A stretch of 63,254 nt of DNA, counting the filler, from Octopus bimaculoides (lineage: Eukaryota), in assembly GCF_001194135.2 (NCBI RefSeq). It is 8 parts of 8 records of this genome, joined end to end, with 100 filler letters (N's around TTAATTAATTAA, not from the genome) between each part and the next. Parts side by side here need not be neighbours in the genome. Positions count along the whole stretch, not along the records: positions 11,147 to 29,488 come from NC_068987.1; 7 more parts are not named here. One strand, written 5' to 3'. The stretch's first letter is position 1. Each line of letters opens with the position of its first letter. Positions 12,811 to 24,426 of the stretch are shown piece after piece. The translations under genes were made by a program, and so were the position numbers. The notes under the pieces were generated by a model, which saw nothing but the letters and a program-made list of their open reading frames with translations, was not told the origin of the DNA and made no database searches.

Positions 12811-12890
12811 GATAGGCTTCTTTCAGTTTCCGTCTACCAGTTCCACTCTCAAGACTTTGGTCAACCCAAGACTATAGTAGTAGGCACTTG
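12811..12890 (-). mobile_element. SINE family A fragment
   Basis: GGCTTCTTTCAGTTTCCGTCTACCA...CTATAGTAG matches the family A body. Confidence 0.8.
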
Positions 12891-13019
12891 AAACGCTACA
12901 AAATATCTTATTTCAGAAATATTCAATCTAATAATTTCTTTCCCAACTGAAGGCTTTTGCATTTCGCACCATCTACTTTTACCCCCCCCCCATTTTTACA
13001 TAATCTGATGGATATTTCC

Positions 13020-13575
13020 TCATTGTCAAAGACCGCAAGCAACAGCGTAGGGAGAGGGAGTAGCATTAATTTCTACACCTTTATCCAAGTTTTGTATTCA
13101 CACATGCTAAATTCTAGGAAGAGCTGAATAGAGCATGTGTTAACATGCCACCTCGACTAAGACCCACGCGTATTTTAAAGTAATTCGTTAGCTAATCGTT
13201 TCTGACAACGGTTCGATCCGTATTTTTATATAACGTTTCTATTATCCTCACTACCTTAGGGATTTCCCCTATAGCTGCCTTCTTTTTCCATAGTGCTTCC
13301 CTCCACATCATATTCAGCTTTGTAGCTGAAATGAATGAAAGGGTATTAGACGTGCTTTTGTATTTTTGAAGTTCTGTTTGACTGTAAAAGCATTATCTTC
13401 ACTTCTACCGGGTCTAAAACTGAATTGGCTCTCGCATCACCTCTCAGTTTAATTTTTCATTCTATCTTTTCGGTTCTAGTTAAATACATTTTGATGTAGT
13501 GACAGATCAATTCTCATTTAATGTATTAGTGTTATCTGCACACGGGTCCCCATCTTTTAGATTTTTCCTATTTTC
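13020..13575 (-). mobile_element. Decayed RTE-clade LINE reverse transcriptase fragment
   Basis: Minus-strand remnants: WREALWKK...VVRIIETLYKNTDR...FKIRVGLSRGGMLTHALFSSS. These correspond to the RT region REALW...LY...FxVxxGLRQGCxLSPxLF; many stops and frameshifts. Confidence 0.7.
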
Positions 13576-13664
13576 CATGCATTGTTAAATATTACGTGTA
13601 ACATATTAACTACATATTTTCATCCAGCATTTTGTAGCTTAGTAGTGATAAGTTTAATAGTTTA

Positions 13665-13940
<276 letters not shown>

Positions 13941-14328
13941 ATGTTTCGGAGTGAGGATGGGTGGGGGTTTATCGTTTTTCCTTCTGTTTATTACTTTCCT
14001 TCTTTACGATTTCCCCGCATCAAATTGACCAATTTGGATTTCTGATGTCGCTTCCGGATTCAGTGACAATTAAAATGCTATGTAAAAAGATCTTTCTGCT
14101 ATTGAAGTAACTCAGCTCTCCTGGTCTGTTTGCATGTATGCTACATTCATTATTTGTATAAGGTACTGCATGCAATGAAAAATAACAAGTTGTATATGCA
14201 AGCAATGAAAACACGCGCGCGCGCGCACACACACACACAAAGACACACACACACTCTCATAAAAACGCTAAGATATACCTGTGTATGCAATTAAGAAAAG
14301 AAACATGATATATATAAATATATATATG

Positions 14329-14401
<73 letters not shown>

Positions 14402-14405
<4 letters not shown>

Positions 14406-14510
14406 CTAAAACTAGAACAGCAACGGACCATGATAAAACGATGGCAAGAAAAGCCCCCACATGGTAAATACTAGGCTAAACTAAATGGGAAAGAAATAGG
14501 CAGAGAAAAA
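14402..14510 (+). mobile_element. R4/Dong-clade non-LTR retrotransposon fragment (5'-truncated, runs into gap) inside a (TAA)n array
   Basis: Translation KLKLEQQRTMIKRWQEKPPHGKY*AKLNGKEIGREK resembles the WxxKPxHGxY..IDKEK region C-terminal to the RT in R4/Dong/Rex6. (TAA)n lies at 14333-14401 and 15337-15408. Confidence 0.62.
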
Positions 14511-15336
14511 NNNNNNNNNNNNNNNNNNNNNNNNNNNNNNNNNNNNNNNNNNNNNNNNNNNNNNNNNNNNNNNNNNNNNNNNNNNNNNNNNNNNNNNNNN
14601 NNNNNNNNNNNNNNNNNNNNNNNNNNNNNNNNNNNNNNNNNNNNNNNNNNNNNNNNNNNNNNNNNNNNNNNNNNNNNNNNNNNNNNNNNNNNNNNNNNNN
14701 NNNNNNNNNNNNNNNNNNNNNNNNNNNNNNNNNNNNNNNNNNNNNNNNNNNNNNNNNNNNNNNNNNNNNNNNNNNNNNNNNNNNNNNNNNNNNNNNNNNN
14801 NNNNNNNNNNNNNNNNNNNNNNNNNNNNNNNNNNNNNNNNNNNNNNNNNNNNNNNNNNNNNNNNNNNNNNNNNNNNNNNNNNNNNNNNNNNNNNNNNNNN
14901 NNNNNNNNNNNNNNNNNNNNNNNNNNNNNNNNNNNNNNNNNNNNNNNNNNNNNNNNNNNNNNNNNNNNNNNNNNNNNNNNNNNNNNNNNNNNNNNNNNNN
15001 NNNNNNNNNNNNNNNNNNNNNNNNNNNNNNNNNNNNNNNNNNNNNNNNNNNNNNNNNNNNNNNNNNNNNNNNNNNNNNNNNNNNNNNNNNNNNNNNNNNN
15101 NNNNNNNNNNNNNNNNNNNNNNNNNNNNNNNNNNNNNNNNNNNNNNNNNNNNNNNNNNNNNNNNNNNNNNNNNNNNNNNNNNNNNNNNNNNNNNNNNNNN
15201 NNNNNNNNNNNNNNNNNNNNNNNNNNNNNNNNNNNNNNNNNNNNNNNNNNNNNNNNNNNNNNNNNNNNNNNNNNNNNNNNNNNNNNNNNNNNNNNNNNNN
15301 NNNNNNNNNNNNNNNNNNNNNNNNNNNNNACTGAAC

Positions 15337-15408
<72 letters not shown>

Positions 15409-15414
15409 TTCTTA

Positions 15415-15468
15415 TACGGATCTCCAAGGGCCATATGGACCCCGGCTCAAAACTACTGGTTGAGACGA
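15415..15468 (+). mobile_element. hAT (Charlie-like) MITE terminus, degenerate
   Basis: GGGCCATATGGACCCCGGCTCAAAACTACTG resembles ...GGTTGAGAACCACTG ends; compare CAGTGGTTCTCAACC at 36679. Confidence 0.35.
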
Positions 15469-15606
15469 TGGTTATTCAGTTGTTCGATCAACTGAAGTGT
15501 GTCCTCATTGAATTAGCACATTTAAGCGACTGAAAATTTCACATACCCTTGTACCTTAAAAGAAATTCCGAAGTGGATCCAGAGTGTCACAGTGTTTGAC
15601 AATAGT

Positions 15607-15697
15607 ATTGGGTTGTCCCGAAAGTTTGTGCCGAATTTTAAAGGAAAGAAAAAGGTCAATAAATACTTGCCATTACATTTTCAATCAACCAAATATG
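15607..15697 (+). mobile_element. Mariner-type MITE terminus
   Basis: Begins TATTGGGTTGTCCCGAAAGTTTGTGCCG, similar to mariner TIRs (TA + TTGGGTTG..AAAAGT). Confidence 0.5.
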
Positions 15698-15810
15698 TTG
15701 AAGAGCGTAGGCTCGAAACGTAAAAAAAACTTTCTCACTTTCTCGAGCGTCAAACTATTACACCTCCTTGTTGTTCATACACCTGTCTTCGTCTTTTGTT
15801 TTTCTGTAAA
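15698..15810 (+). mobile_element. Dispersed repeat, probable Penelope-type terminal region (second copy ~49795-49915)
   Basis: GAAGAGCGTAGGCTCGAAACGT..ACTTT..GAGCGTCAAACTA..ACACCT..GTTGTTC..CACCT.TCTT.GTCTTTTGTTTT aligns by eye with 49800-49900. The PLE assignment is inference. Confidence 0.55.
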
Positions 15811-16168
15811 TTTCCATTATATACATATATATGTATATCTTTGTATATATATATATATATATATATATNNNNNNNNNNNNNNNNNNNNNNNNNNNNNNNN
15901 NNNNNNNNNNNNNNNNNNNNNNNNNNNNNNNNNNNNNNNNNNNNNNNNNNNNNNNNNNNNNNNNNNNNNNNNNNNNNNNNNNNNNNNNNNNNNNNNNNNN
16001 NNNNNNNNNNNNNNNNNNNNNNNNNNNNNNNNNNNNNNNNNNNNNNNNNNNNNNNNNNNNNNNNNNNNNNNNNNNNNNNNNNNNNNNNNNNNNNNNNNNN
16101 NNNNNNNNNNNNNNNNNNNCTATTATAGTCTTTCTTATTTCTTTATTGACCACAGGAGGTTAAAATAG

Positions 16169-16350
16169 AGGAAACACACAAGGGGATTAAGTCGATTACA
16201 GCGACCCCAGTGCGTAACTGGTACTTAATTTATCGACCCCGAAAGGCAAAGTCGACCTCGGCTGAATTTGAACTCAGAACGTAACGGCAGACGAAATACT
16301 GCTAAGCATTTCGCCCGGCGTGCTAACATTTCTGCCAGCTCGCCGCCTTA
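16169..16350 (-). mobile_element. SINE family B, well-preserved copy
   Basis: Minus strand: GGCGGCGAGCTGGCAGAAATGTTAGCACGCCGG (A-box) ... GAGTTCAAATTC (B-box) ... GCCTTTCGGGGTCGATAAATTAAGTACCAG. Confidence 0.88.
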
Positions 16351-17235
16351 TATCATATTCTTTCGGCTCATGATTCTTGATCTGTGCAATATATTTAATG
16401 AGTGTTGTAAGCATGTTTAATAAAGTTATCCGTAAATAAGATTCGTAAGAATTCATGTCTTTTGGATCACTTGCAGTTTGATGTGTCGCGTGAAAATTTG
16501 TACAGGTTACTCTCGAAGCGCTAATTGTTACCAAACTTTTGACTCTACTCCGTAAAATTTTGCACGTGATTCGATTATGTTGGCATTATTAATTCACTGC
16601 ATGAACTATTTTAAAGCATGACAACTCTTTTTCCGACAAATGAAATAATTCAGGTCTTAAAGGGTTAATTGATAAACCAAAATAAATAGCAATTCTCATT
16701 AGAAATACAAATTAACAATTTATAAAACACACTAAATTTCTGTTTAGTAAAACAGAAGAATCAAAGAAAAATTGTAATGTTCTGCGTCAGCAAAAAGTAA
16801 TCTTTATTTAAATTAGCTGGAAGGCTATGTTGACTGACGCAGTTCTTCTTTACAATGGAGGCGTCGTGAAGGCTGGTTTGTGCGTGTTTTGTTCTTCAAT
16901 TTCACCTGCAAATTCATGTTATTGCCATTCACGTTTCTCTACTCTTTTATGATTGCTCGGCAGAAATATTCTAAACTAAAATTTCTATAAAGTTGACTTT
17001 TATATAAAAGGGAATATGACGGACTCAGAGTTTTATGAATATCATTGCACGTCACAACGTAACTATTTTTAGATGAACTATTGCATAATACGTACGACAA
17101 AGATTATTTGCGACGCACAATAATTGATAGAGAAAGAAGATATAAAGAATGTATCTAAAAGTTACAGAACAATGTACGTATGTATAAAATATAGACAGTA
17201 CATATGTATGCACAAATATAGACATACATACAAAC

Positions 17236-17545
17236 AATCATCTTCATCATCATCATCATCATCATCAGCATCATGATCGTCGTCGTCGTCGTCATCGTCT
17301 TCTTCTTCTTCTTCTTCTTCTTCTTCTTCTTCTTCTTCTTCTTCTTCTTCTTCTTCTTCTTCTTTTTCGTCGTCGTCGTCTTCTTCTTCTTCTTCTTCTT
17401 CTTCTTCTTCTTCTTCTTCTTCTTCTTCTTCTTCTTCTTCTTCTTCTTCTTCTTCTTCGTCGTCGTCGTCGTCGTCGTCATCGTCTTCTTCTTCTTCTTC
17501 TTCTTCTTCTTCTTCTTCTTCTTCTTCTTCTTCTTCTTCTTCTTG
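17236..17545. repeat. Compound (ATC)n/(GTC)n/(TTC)n microsatellite with higher-order repetition
   Basis: Three blocks of (GTC)n..(TTC)n read directly. Confidence 0.97.
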
Positions 17546-17619
17546 TCTTTATTATTTGTTTCCGTTGTTATCGAGCTTATATGTGTTTGTGTGTATATGT
17601 AGGTATAGGGTACTCTTCT

Positions 17620-19835
17620 ACTCCGGATAGAGCCCTAACTTTTGATGGCTAGCATGCTGTTCTCTAAGTGACAGGTGGGTGTTAGACGTTATTGCTCCTC
17701 ATTCATCTGTTCGATGAGTTACATGTGACTTTAATTACCAGACGCTGGTAAGCTGCTTTGAGGTTAACTCAGCACCAAAGAGAGAATGACTTCTGCGAAA
17801 TTTCCATGGTAGAAAAATTCCAGACTGAGCTGTAACAGCCTTGTGTTCACAAACAAAGAATTCCCACAGATGGAAGTAATCGGATGGTCTCACGTGTACA
17901 CTTTATTTCTTACCAGAGCGGATGTGACGAGCGTTCTACATGTGACACAGCAAGAAGGATTTGTGACAGAGGGAACGTTACAATTGCTACATGGAATGTA
18001 AGAACTCTGCATCAAAATGGGAAACTATGTCACTTAGGTGAAGTGTCACAATGGTACCACCCGAAATCCTCTGAAATTCAATGGAGGAATATTGAAAAAT
18101 CACAGACTGTGGAAGTAAATATATCATACAATACTTCAGTGGAGAGGAAGACTGCTGAGCAAATGGTTCCTTGTCAACAAAATTCCCGTGAACACTGTAT
18201 TAGTTTTTCTACCAGTATCAGGCAGGTTCTTGATCATCCGTCTGCACACAAAATCATTTTCCAATTGCACGGTTTTACTCTCCAACAACAGACAAGATAA
18301 CTGCATACATTAAAAACTCCCGTAAAGAGCCTCAAGAAAAATATACTTATCATACAAGGTAACTGAAATGCCAATGTAGGAAGTGACTGAGTCGGGATTC
18401 CTCAGTTCTTCATGTAATAACACTTGCAATGAGAGGGCAAGTGCCAACTAGTATTTGTCACCTATAACAAACAGCTTTAAAAAAAAAACTCCTTGATAAG
18501 CTGCACACAGTTTCATATATAAACTTGCATGCTACTAACACATCACACTATGAAGTCGATTATATCTCAGGACAAAAACAGAGAGAGAGAGAGTAAGTGA
18601 AGATTTAAAAAAAAAGCCGTCGTTAAATTAGTCATAATTAGTATATCATTATCAACATCAACGACACAAGGTAATGCTCAGATCATGTTGAATAGATTGA
18701 GATCTCAAACAGAAAGCAGCAGACAAAGAACCAACAGGATTCCGTAAAATAACAAGCACTTCTGAACAGTTCTTTAAAATCCGCATCCTCTACGAGAGAA
18801 ATAACTCAGACGCCAAAATGAAACATAGTTTGTCTTTAAGAAGTCGTTCGATAGAGTATGGTATGAGGAATTGTATCATGCCAAACTTTGTGTGGCACAA
18901 TGAGAAAATTCAACGCGGGACAGAAGCTGATTCTAACCATCCAATTACCTTATGTCAAAGTTACCAGTACAGAACTTGCGCAAAGTAAGACTTCAAAGTG
19001 GTTCCTTACAACTGCAGGACTCCGCCAATGTTATCATCTCTGCTTCGCGTTCTTCATTATCTTCTTGGAGCACTTCATGAGCAATGCTCCTGTAGACATT
19101 TCTTATGAGCACACTCAGTATCAAAAAGAAGAACATTACAAATTTAAGATTTTATGTTCATGATGATGGTCTTGCAGGAAAGGAAAACGAATTGATTAAA
19201 TTAGCCTATCCATTGTGATAGAGCCTCTACTAAATTTGGGATGAAAATCAGTAGCACAAAACGTCAAATTTATGACAAATGCCAACAGTGGAATCCCAAC
19301 AGACATCACTTTAGAAGGACAGATGCTAGAAATAATGCAACACTTAAAATATCTCTGGGTAGTTATTAAGTACAAGAAAAAAAAATAAGAACAGAAAGCC
19401 TGACAAGAACCACACAGCAATGGCTGATTTAGTGAAACTGAAGTAAATATGGAGAGACAGTAATATCATTATGAATAAGAACATCAAACTCGTTGGCGCC
19501 TTGGCAATTTTTATCTTCCAGTATGCACGCAAGGCATGAACATTCACAGGGGAGATTCAGAGGATGACAGTAACATTGGGCACATGTTTGGCATCTCGTA
19601 TTTGGACAACATCACGAGTAGATTTGCGAAACCAACCAGCATCAGATTGGTTCTCAAAAAGATTTCATGAAGTTGAAGGAAAGGAAATATCCATTAACCT
19701 AGCTAAATACCATTCTAAGATGAAGAGGATGGAGGGGTGAACGAAGATAAAAAGGACCAGACAACAAGGAATTGACAAAAAATCGATAATGGAGGCCCAA
19801 ACTCTGGTACCCAAACGCAAAGACGGTGCTGCTAC
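17620..19835 (+). mobile_element. Near full-length, heavily decayed RTE-clade LINE (APE endonuclease + RT)
   Basis: IATWNVRTLHQNGKL (APE N-terminus, ~17983); LCGTMRKFN...WFLTTAGLRQ...FIIFLE; LRFxxHDDGLAGKE; FGMKISS..VKFMTN; HLKYLW; IFIFQYARKA*TFTGEI; C-terminal GGRRRGR-like remnant at ~19725-19760. The 5' boundary is approximate. Confidence 0.88.
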
Positions 19836-19935
19836 GCGGTTGAGTGCCCGACTTTGGGTCTCCGTTATCGATTTGTTTGTCAATTCCTTGTTGTCTGGTC
19901 AACTTTATCTTCGTTCACCTCTCCGTCCTCTTCAT
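19720..19935. repeat. Fold-back inverted repeat (arms 19720-19818 and 19836-19935, 17-nt spacer)
   Basis: Manual alignment gives 13 differences over ~99 bp; the outer ~82 bp are ~90% identical. Confidence 0.95.
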
Positions 19936-21207
19936 ATGAAGGTAAGTGCTCAAGAGAAGACAATATGCACGTATGTAATTTTTTTTTTTACCTGCGTGTA
20001 TTTACTAATATTTCATCCAATTATATCAAAGTGTGTGTATACATATACGCACGCGCGCGCTTTCACACATATTGTCTGAGTTGAAAGGAAAGGCAATTTA
20101 TTTTGATTTATTATTTTCATGTGTGTACGTTTCCTTGCGTGTGAAAAGGGTAGGGTGTGAATTTAGATTTAGTCGCTACAGCGGGGTTATTCAGGTACGT
20201 CTCATGAATCTTACATTTCATAGCAACAATTTAATTGAAACAGTAGTATGCTTCAGCTGCGGTAAGCGTGGTGTATGTCCTGGGTATGAGTGGGGGAAAG
20301 TTACTGCAGGGGAATTATTAATTAATTAATATTTCTTACTTATGATCATTACCTTATCATTTTGTTGGAAACTAAATTCCTGTAGGTTATGAGAAGGAAA
20401 TTTTTGATGATAAAATTTCAGCTTCAAATAAAATATAATTCTCTTGCAAATAAAATATATCAATTGAATCGTGCGAAAAGTTTAGTTTGCTGAGCAACTT
20501 ATGAGATAACACATTATGTTACTATAGTAACAAGGTGCCAATGAGTATGCCTCTATGTGGTCGATTGTCTTGCTAGAAATTACAGTAAAATCAGACCCAA
20601 ATAAGATTTCACTGCCTTTGATAAGAATAAAGAAAAATAGAGATAAAGTTGCGATGGAAATATCTGAAATGAAGACCTCGTGAAGGACGAAACATCGTTG
20701 ATCATACATCGTTGATCAGCGTTACACACACAAGATCTAAACGAACTACCATTCATACAACCGTTCTTATTATAGTTAACATGTCAGCTGATGTTGAATT
20801 AGATATTGTTAATACAGCGAAACTTCAACCCGTGATTTAACAGTCATGTTGTTAAAACGATGTCTCTTGTTCACTTTCGTTGTTGTTGTTATTGTGCCTG
20901 TCATCTGCCGTTCCAGCAATGATGCAATATTTTGAACCTTGACCTTCCAACGTAGAAAATACCTTCTCATCTTCCTTAATGCGATCTGTACCACCAATAT
21001 TACTGCTGCAGATGCTATTGTTGCCTTTGTTGGTGTTGGTGTTGTTGTTGCTGTTACTAGACTGTCGTTTACTGCTGTAGCAGCAGTGCAATTATTTGGA
21101 CTTTGAACTTTCAATTATCCTCCTCTCCTTCCACGTACTGCATCTGTCTTTGTGGGTAATTTCCTGCTCCACCCTTAATTTGCTGGATGCGGAAGCCAAC
21201 GCCAAAA

Positions 21208-21243
21208 TTTATTTTTTGAAAAAAATTTTTTTCAAAAAATAAA
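21208..21243. repeat. Perfect 36-bp spacer-less AT-rich palindrome
   Basis: TTTATTTTTTGAAAAAAA|TTTTTTTCAAAAAATAAA, extending to 21204-21248 with a 1-nt bulge. Confidence 0.9.
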
Positions 21244-21357
21244 ATTTTCTGTTAAATTTGAGCCTGAAGGAGGCAAGAAAAACAAAACTTCTGTGTTTTT
21301 GTTGACTTAATCAAATGTTAATCGTAATAGCATCTACAGCAACAACAACAATAATAA

Positions 21358-21570
21358 TGGTTACAAATTTTGGCACAAAGCTAGCGATTTCAGGGGAGGT
21401 GTAAGTCGATTATATCGACCCCAACGCTTAAATGGTACTCATTTTAACGATCCCGAAAAGATGAAAGGCAATGTCAAACTCGATGGAATTTGATCTCAGA
21501 ACATAAAGACGGGTAAAATGCCTGTCGGCATTTTGCTCCGCGTGCTAACAATCCTGATGACTCGTCGCTT
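21358..21570 (-). mobile_element. SINE family B
   Basis: Homologous to 16169-16350; AAT/GAC/GAT trinucleotide repeats on both sides. Confidence 0.82.
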
Positions 21571-22269
21571 TAATAATGACGACGACGACGACGACGACGA
21601 CGACGATGATGATGATGATGACGATGATGTAATATTTATATCAAGCAAGATTGAACACCACACTGTGGCTGGTTTTGTTTTAGTTGAAGCAGTGGTTACA
21701 TTATGGAATGTGTTCTTTAACCTTTGAAGAAAGGTTGACGTTTATGAAATAACGAAATATGAAAAGAGTACGAAACATACTTGTGAAATAAATTTTGAAC
21801 ATCTTAGACAAAAATCACATTATATATCATATGGAAATGTGAAAGAAGTTTGATGTGATGCGAGTGGTATACGTGAACTATATTTCTTTCATTGATTTAA
21901 AATTGTATGTGTTGCAATAAAATTGCCTCAACAGAAAGCTTGCGTGATTTACTAGGCAAACAAAACTGCTAAAGAGTTGAATGAAGATACAAAAACTGAT
22001 TGAACGTGATCGAGATCATTGAAATCTGCAGAGAGAGGGGTGGGGTGTAGCTTATGATTCAAGGTAGCATTCACAGTGAACATTATAAAATTTTTATAAA
22101 AATATATTTTATTTGAATTTCGATGGTTTTACTATTATTTTACATAGATCCAAAAGTTTTAGTTATATCGCGAGATACACTTATGTTAGTATTACTGTAT
22201 ACAGAATATTGATTTTCAACATGAGCGCAAAACCATAGAGCTTTGAGAAGAGTACAGTGGACTAAAGAG

Positions 22270-22385
22270 ACTTCAGTATTTCATTGGTACTTATTTTATC
22301 GATTCCGGAAGGAAGACATTGAAAGTTAATCTCAGCATGAGGGATTCGAAAACAACGTAATGAGAGCAAAGTACCGCTATAAATT
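22270..22385 (-). mobile_element. SINE family B, degenerate
   Basis: TTGGTACTTATTTTATCGATTCCGGAAGG matches the family B central domain. Confidence 0.55.
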
Positions 22386-22472
22386 TTCTTTTAAGCTGTA
22401 TCATTTCTGCTATCTGCTATCATTTCTCCCATTAAGACCAATGACTTGATGCGTGCGTATATAGACACACAC

Positions 22473-22514
<42 letters not shown>

Positions 22515-23651
22515 GCACACACACACACACNNNNNNNNNNTATATATATATATATATATATGTGCGTGTGTATGAGTGAATGTGTTCGTTTTTAAGTATT
22601 CAGTATTGTTACAGTTATGTTGATGTGTTGTGAAGTAACAGAGTTATTTACAGAATTTAGTCAATAATGTATCCACTTATATATCGTCCATAAATTCGGA
22701 AGTTTTCCGTTTGACTAACACGATATCAAAATTCTTCAAATTGAAATTGAATATCTGAATTCTGCACAACTAATCACTCTTATTAGTATAAAATTCTAAA
22801 TTCTTGCTGGCTACAGTTAAATTACCATTTGACTGCGTCACCATCACACCATTCTCCCAGTTGTTGCATCGAATAAACTCGCCATGAAATTTTGGCCATT
22901 CTCTGTTATTAGTATTCAATGCCATTTGCAATATATAAAATTACTCGACCGCCATTCACGATTTGATTTTCGTTTTCAATGTAAATTAATCTATTCTGCC
23001 GTAAAGGCGCTCCAGTATCGCTGCACACTAAAAACTACGCTCAGAACGCGGCGTGCGGCACAGCAAGACAGCTGAAGCTTAACTCTCTTTCCAATGAAAT
23101 TTCTCATCTTTCTATCGCTCTTAATATTATTATTGGATTATAAACACTAACAATCATTGCAGCTGGAGTTTATAGCAGATTTCCAAAGGTAATTCTCGCA
23201 GGGCTAATGTCTTTCCTGACAGCTGAAGCAGATCATTAAGTTTTCTGCTTAATACATAACTCAAAACATCTTCATTAGATTGAATCTCTCTTTAAAAGTA
23301 GTATATTAATTCACACTTCTAATAGACCATGTTTAATGTCGTTTATACGGCACAAATTCTTAAGGTTCCTTCTTCAACGTTCAATTTTATTTATCTCTGT
23401 GTCATATGTAAATATTGATTTCATTCGAATCGTGACGCCTCCTTTCATTATTAGAAGGCGAAACTATCAAATAGAAGTTAAAAAGCAACAAACATGGCGT
23501 CCAAGATGTAGGTCCTAGAGAAAAGAGAACTCAAAGGTTTTGTTATTTGAAGTTCATCGCTTGAAAGAGTAAATAAGATAATACCAGCCATATTGTTTTC
23601 ATTGGCATGAAAGAATGTGCTGTTCACGCATTCTGCAACAGAAACAGTTGT

Positions 23652-23652
23652 T

Positions 23653-23707
<55 letters not shown>

Positions 23708-23742
23708 CAGTAGTAGTAGTAGTAGTNNNNNNNNNNNNNNNN

Positions 23743-23790
<48 letters not shown>
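23652..23790. repeat. (GTA)n, gap, (GT)n microsatellites
   Basis: Read directly. Confidence 0.95.
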
Positions 23791-23794
<4 letters not shown>

Positions 23795-24014
23795 TTGCGT
23801 ACCTGAAAAGAATAGTTGAAGTGTACCGAGTCTCAATAAAATTCATACTTTATACTTTATAATTTCACAATGAAAATTTCTTTTTCTAAACTTATCGTTT
23901 TATTAGTATCCAAATTATCGTATCATTAGCATTCTATTAAGGGAATTAGCGAATCTCATTACTGATGCATGATCTAGGGAAACTATATGAAATTCTACAA
24001 ACTGTTTCTTTATT

Positions 24015-24426
24015 GCAGGAGTGGCTGTGTGGTAAGTAGCTAGCTTACCAACCACATGGTTCCGGGTTCAGTTCCACCGCGTGACATCTTCGGCAATTGT
24101 CTTCTACTATAGCCTCAGGCCCACCAAAGCCTTGTGAGTGGATTTGGTAGACGGAAACTGAAAGAAGCCCGTCGTATATATGTATATATATGTATATGTC
24201 TGTGTCTGTGTGTTTGAGTGTCTGTGTTTGGCCCCCTAGCATTGCTTGACAACCGATGCTGGTGTGTTTATGTCCCCGTCACTTAGCGGTTCGGCAAAAG
24301 AGACCGATAGAATAAGTACTAGGATTACAAAGAATAAGTCTCGGGGTCGATTTGCTCGACTAAAGGCGGTGTTCCAACATGGCCGCAGCGAAAACGACTG
24401 AAACAGGTAAAAGAGTAAAAGAGTAA
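24015..24426 (+). mobile_element. SINE family A, best-preserved full copy
   Basis: Head GCAGGAGTGGCTGTGTGGTAAG (A-box) ... GGGTTCAGTTCC (B-box); internal TA/TG repeat at ~24175-24225; tail CATGGCCGCAGC..GACTGAAACAGG(TAAAAGAG)n. Confidence 0.9.

Noticed and set aside
16655-16670. AAAGGGTTAA piggyBac-like end
   Set aside because: No matching left terminus found.
23490-23512. AACATGGCG YY1-like motif as a promoter
   Set aside because: A single short motif with no CpG island or downstream exon support.
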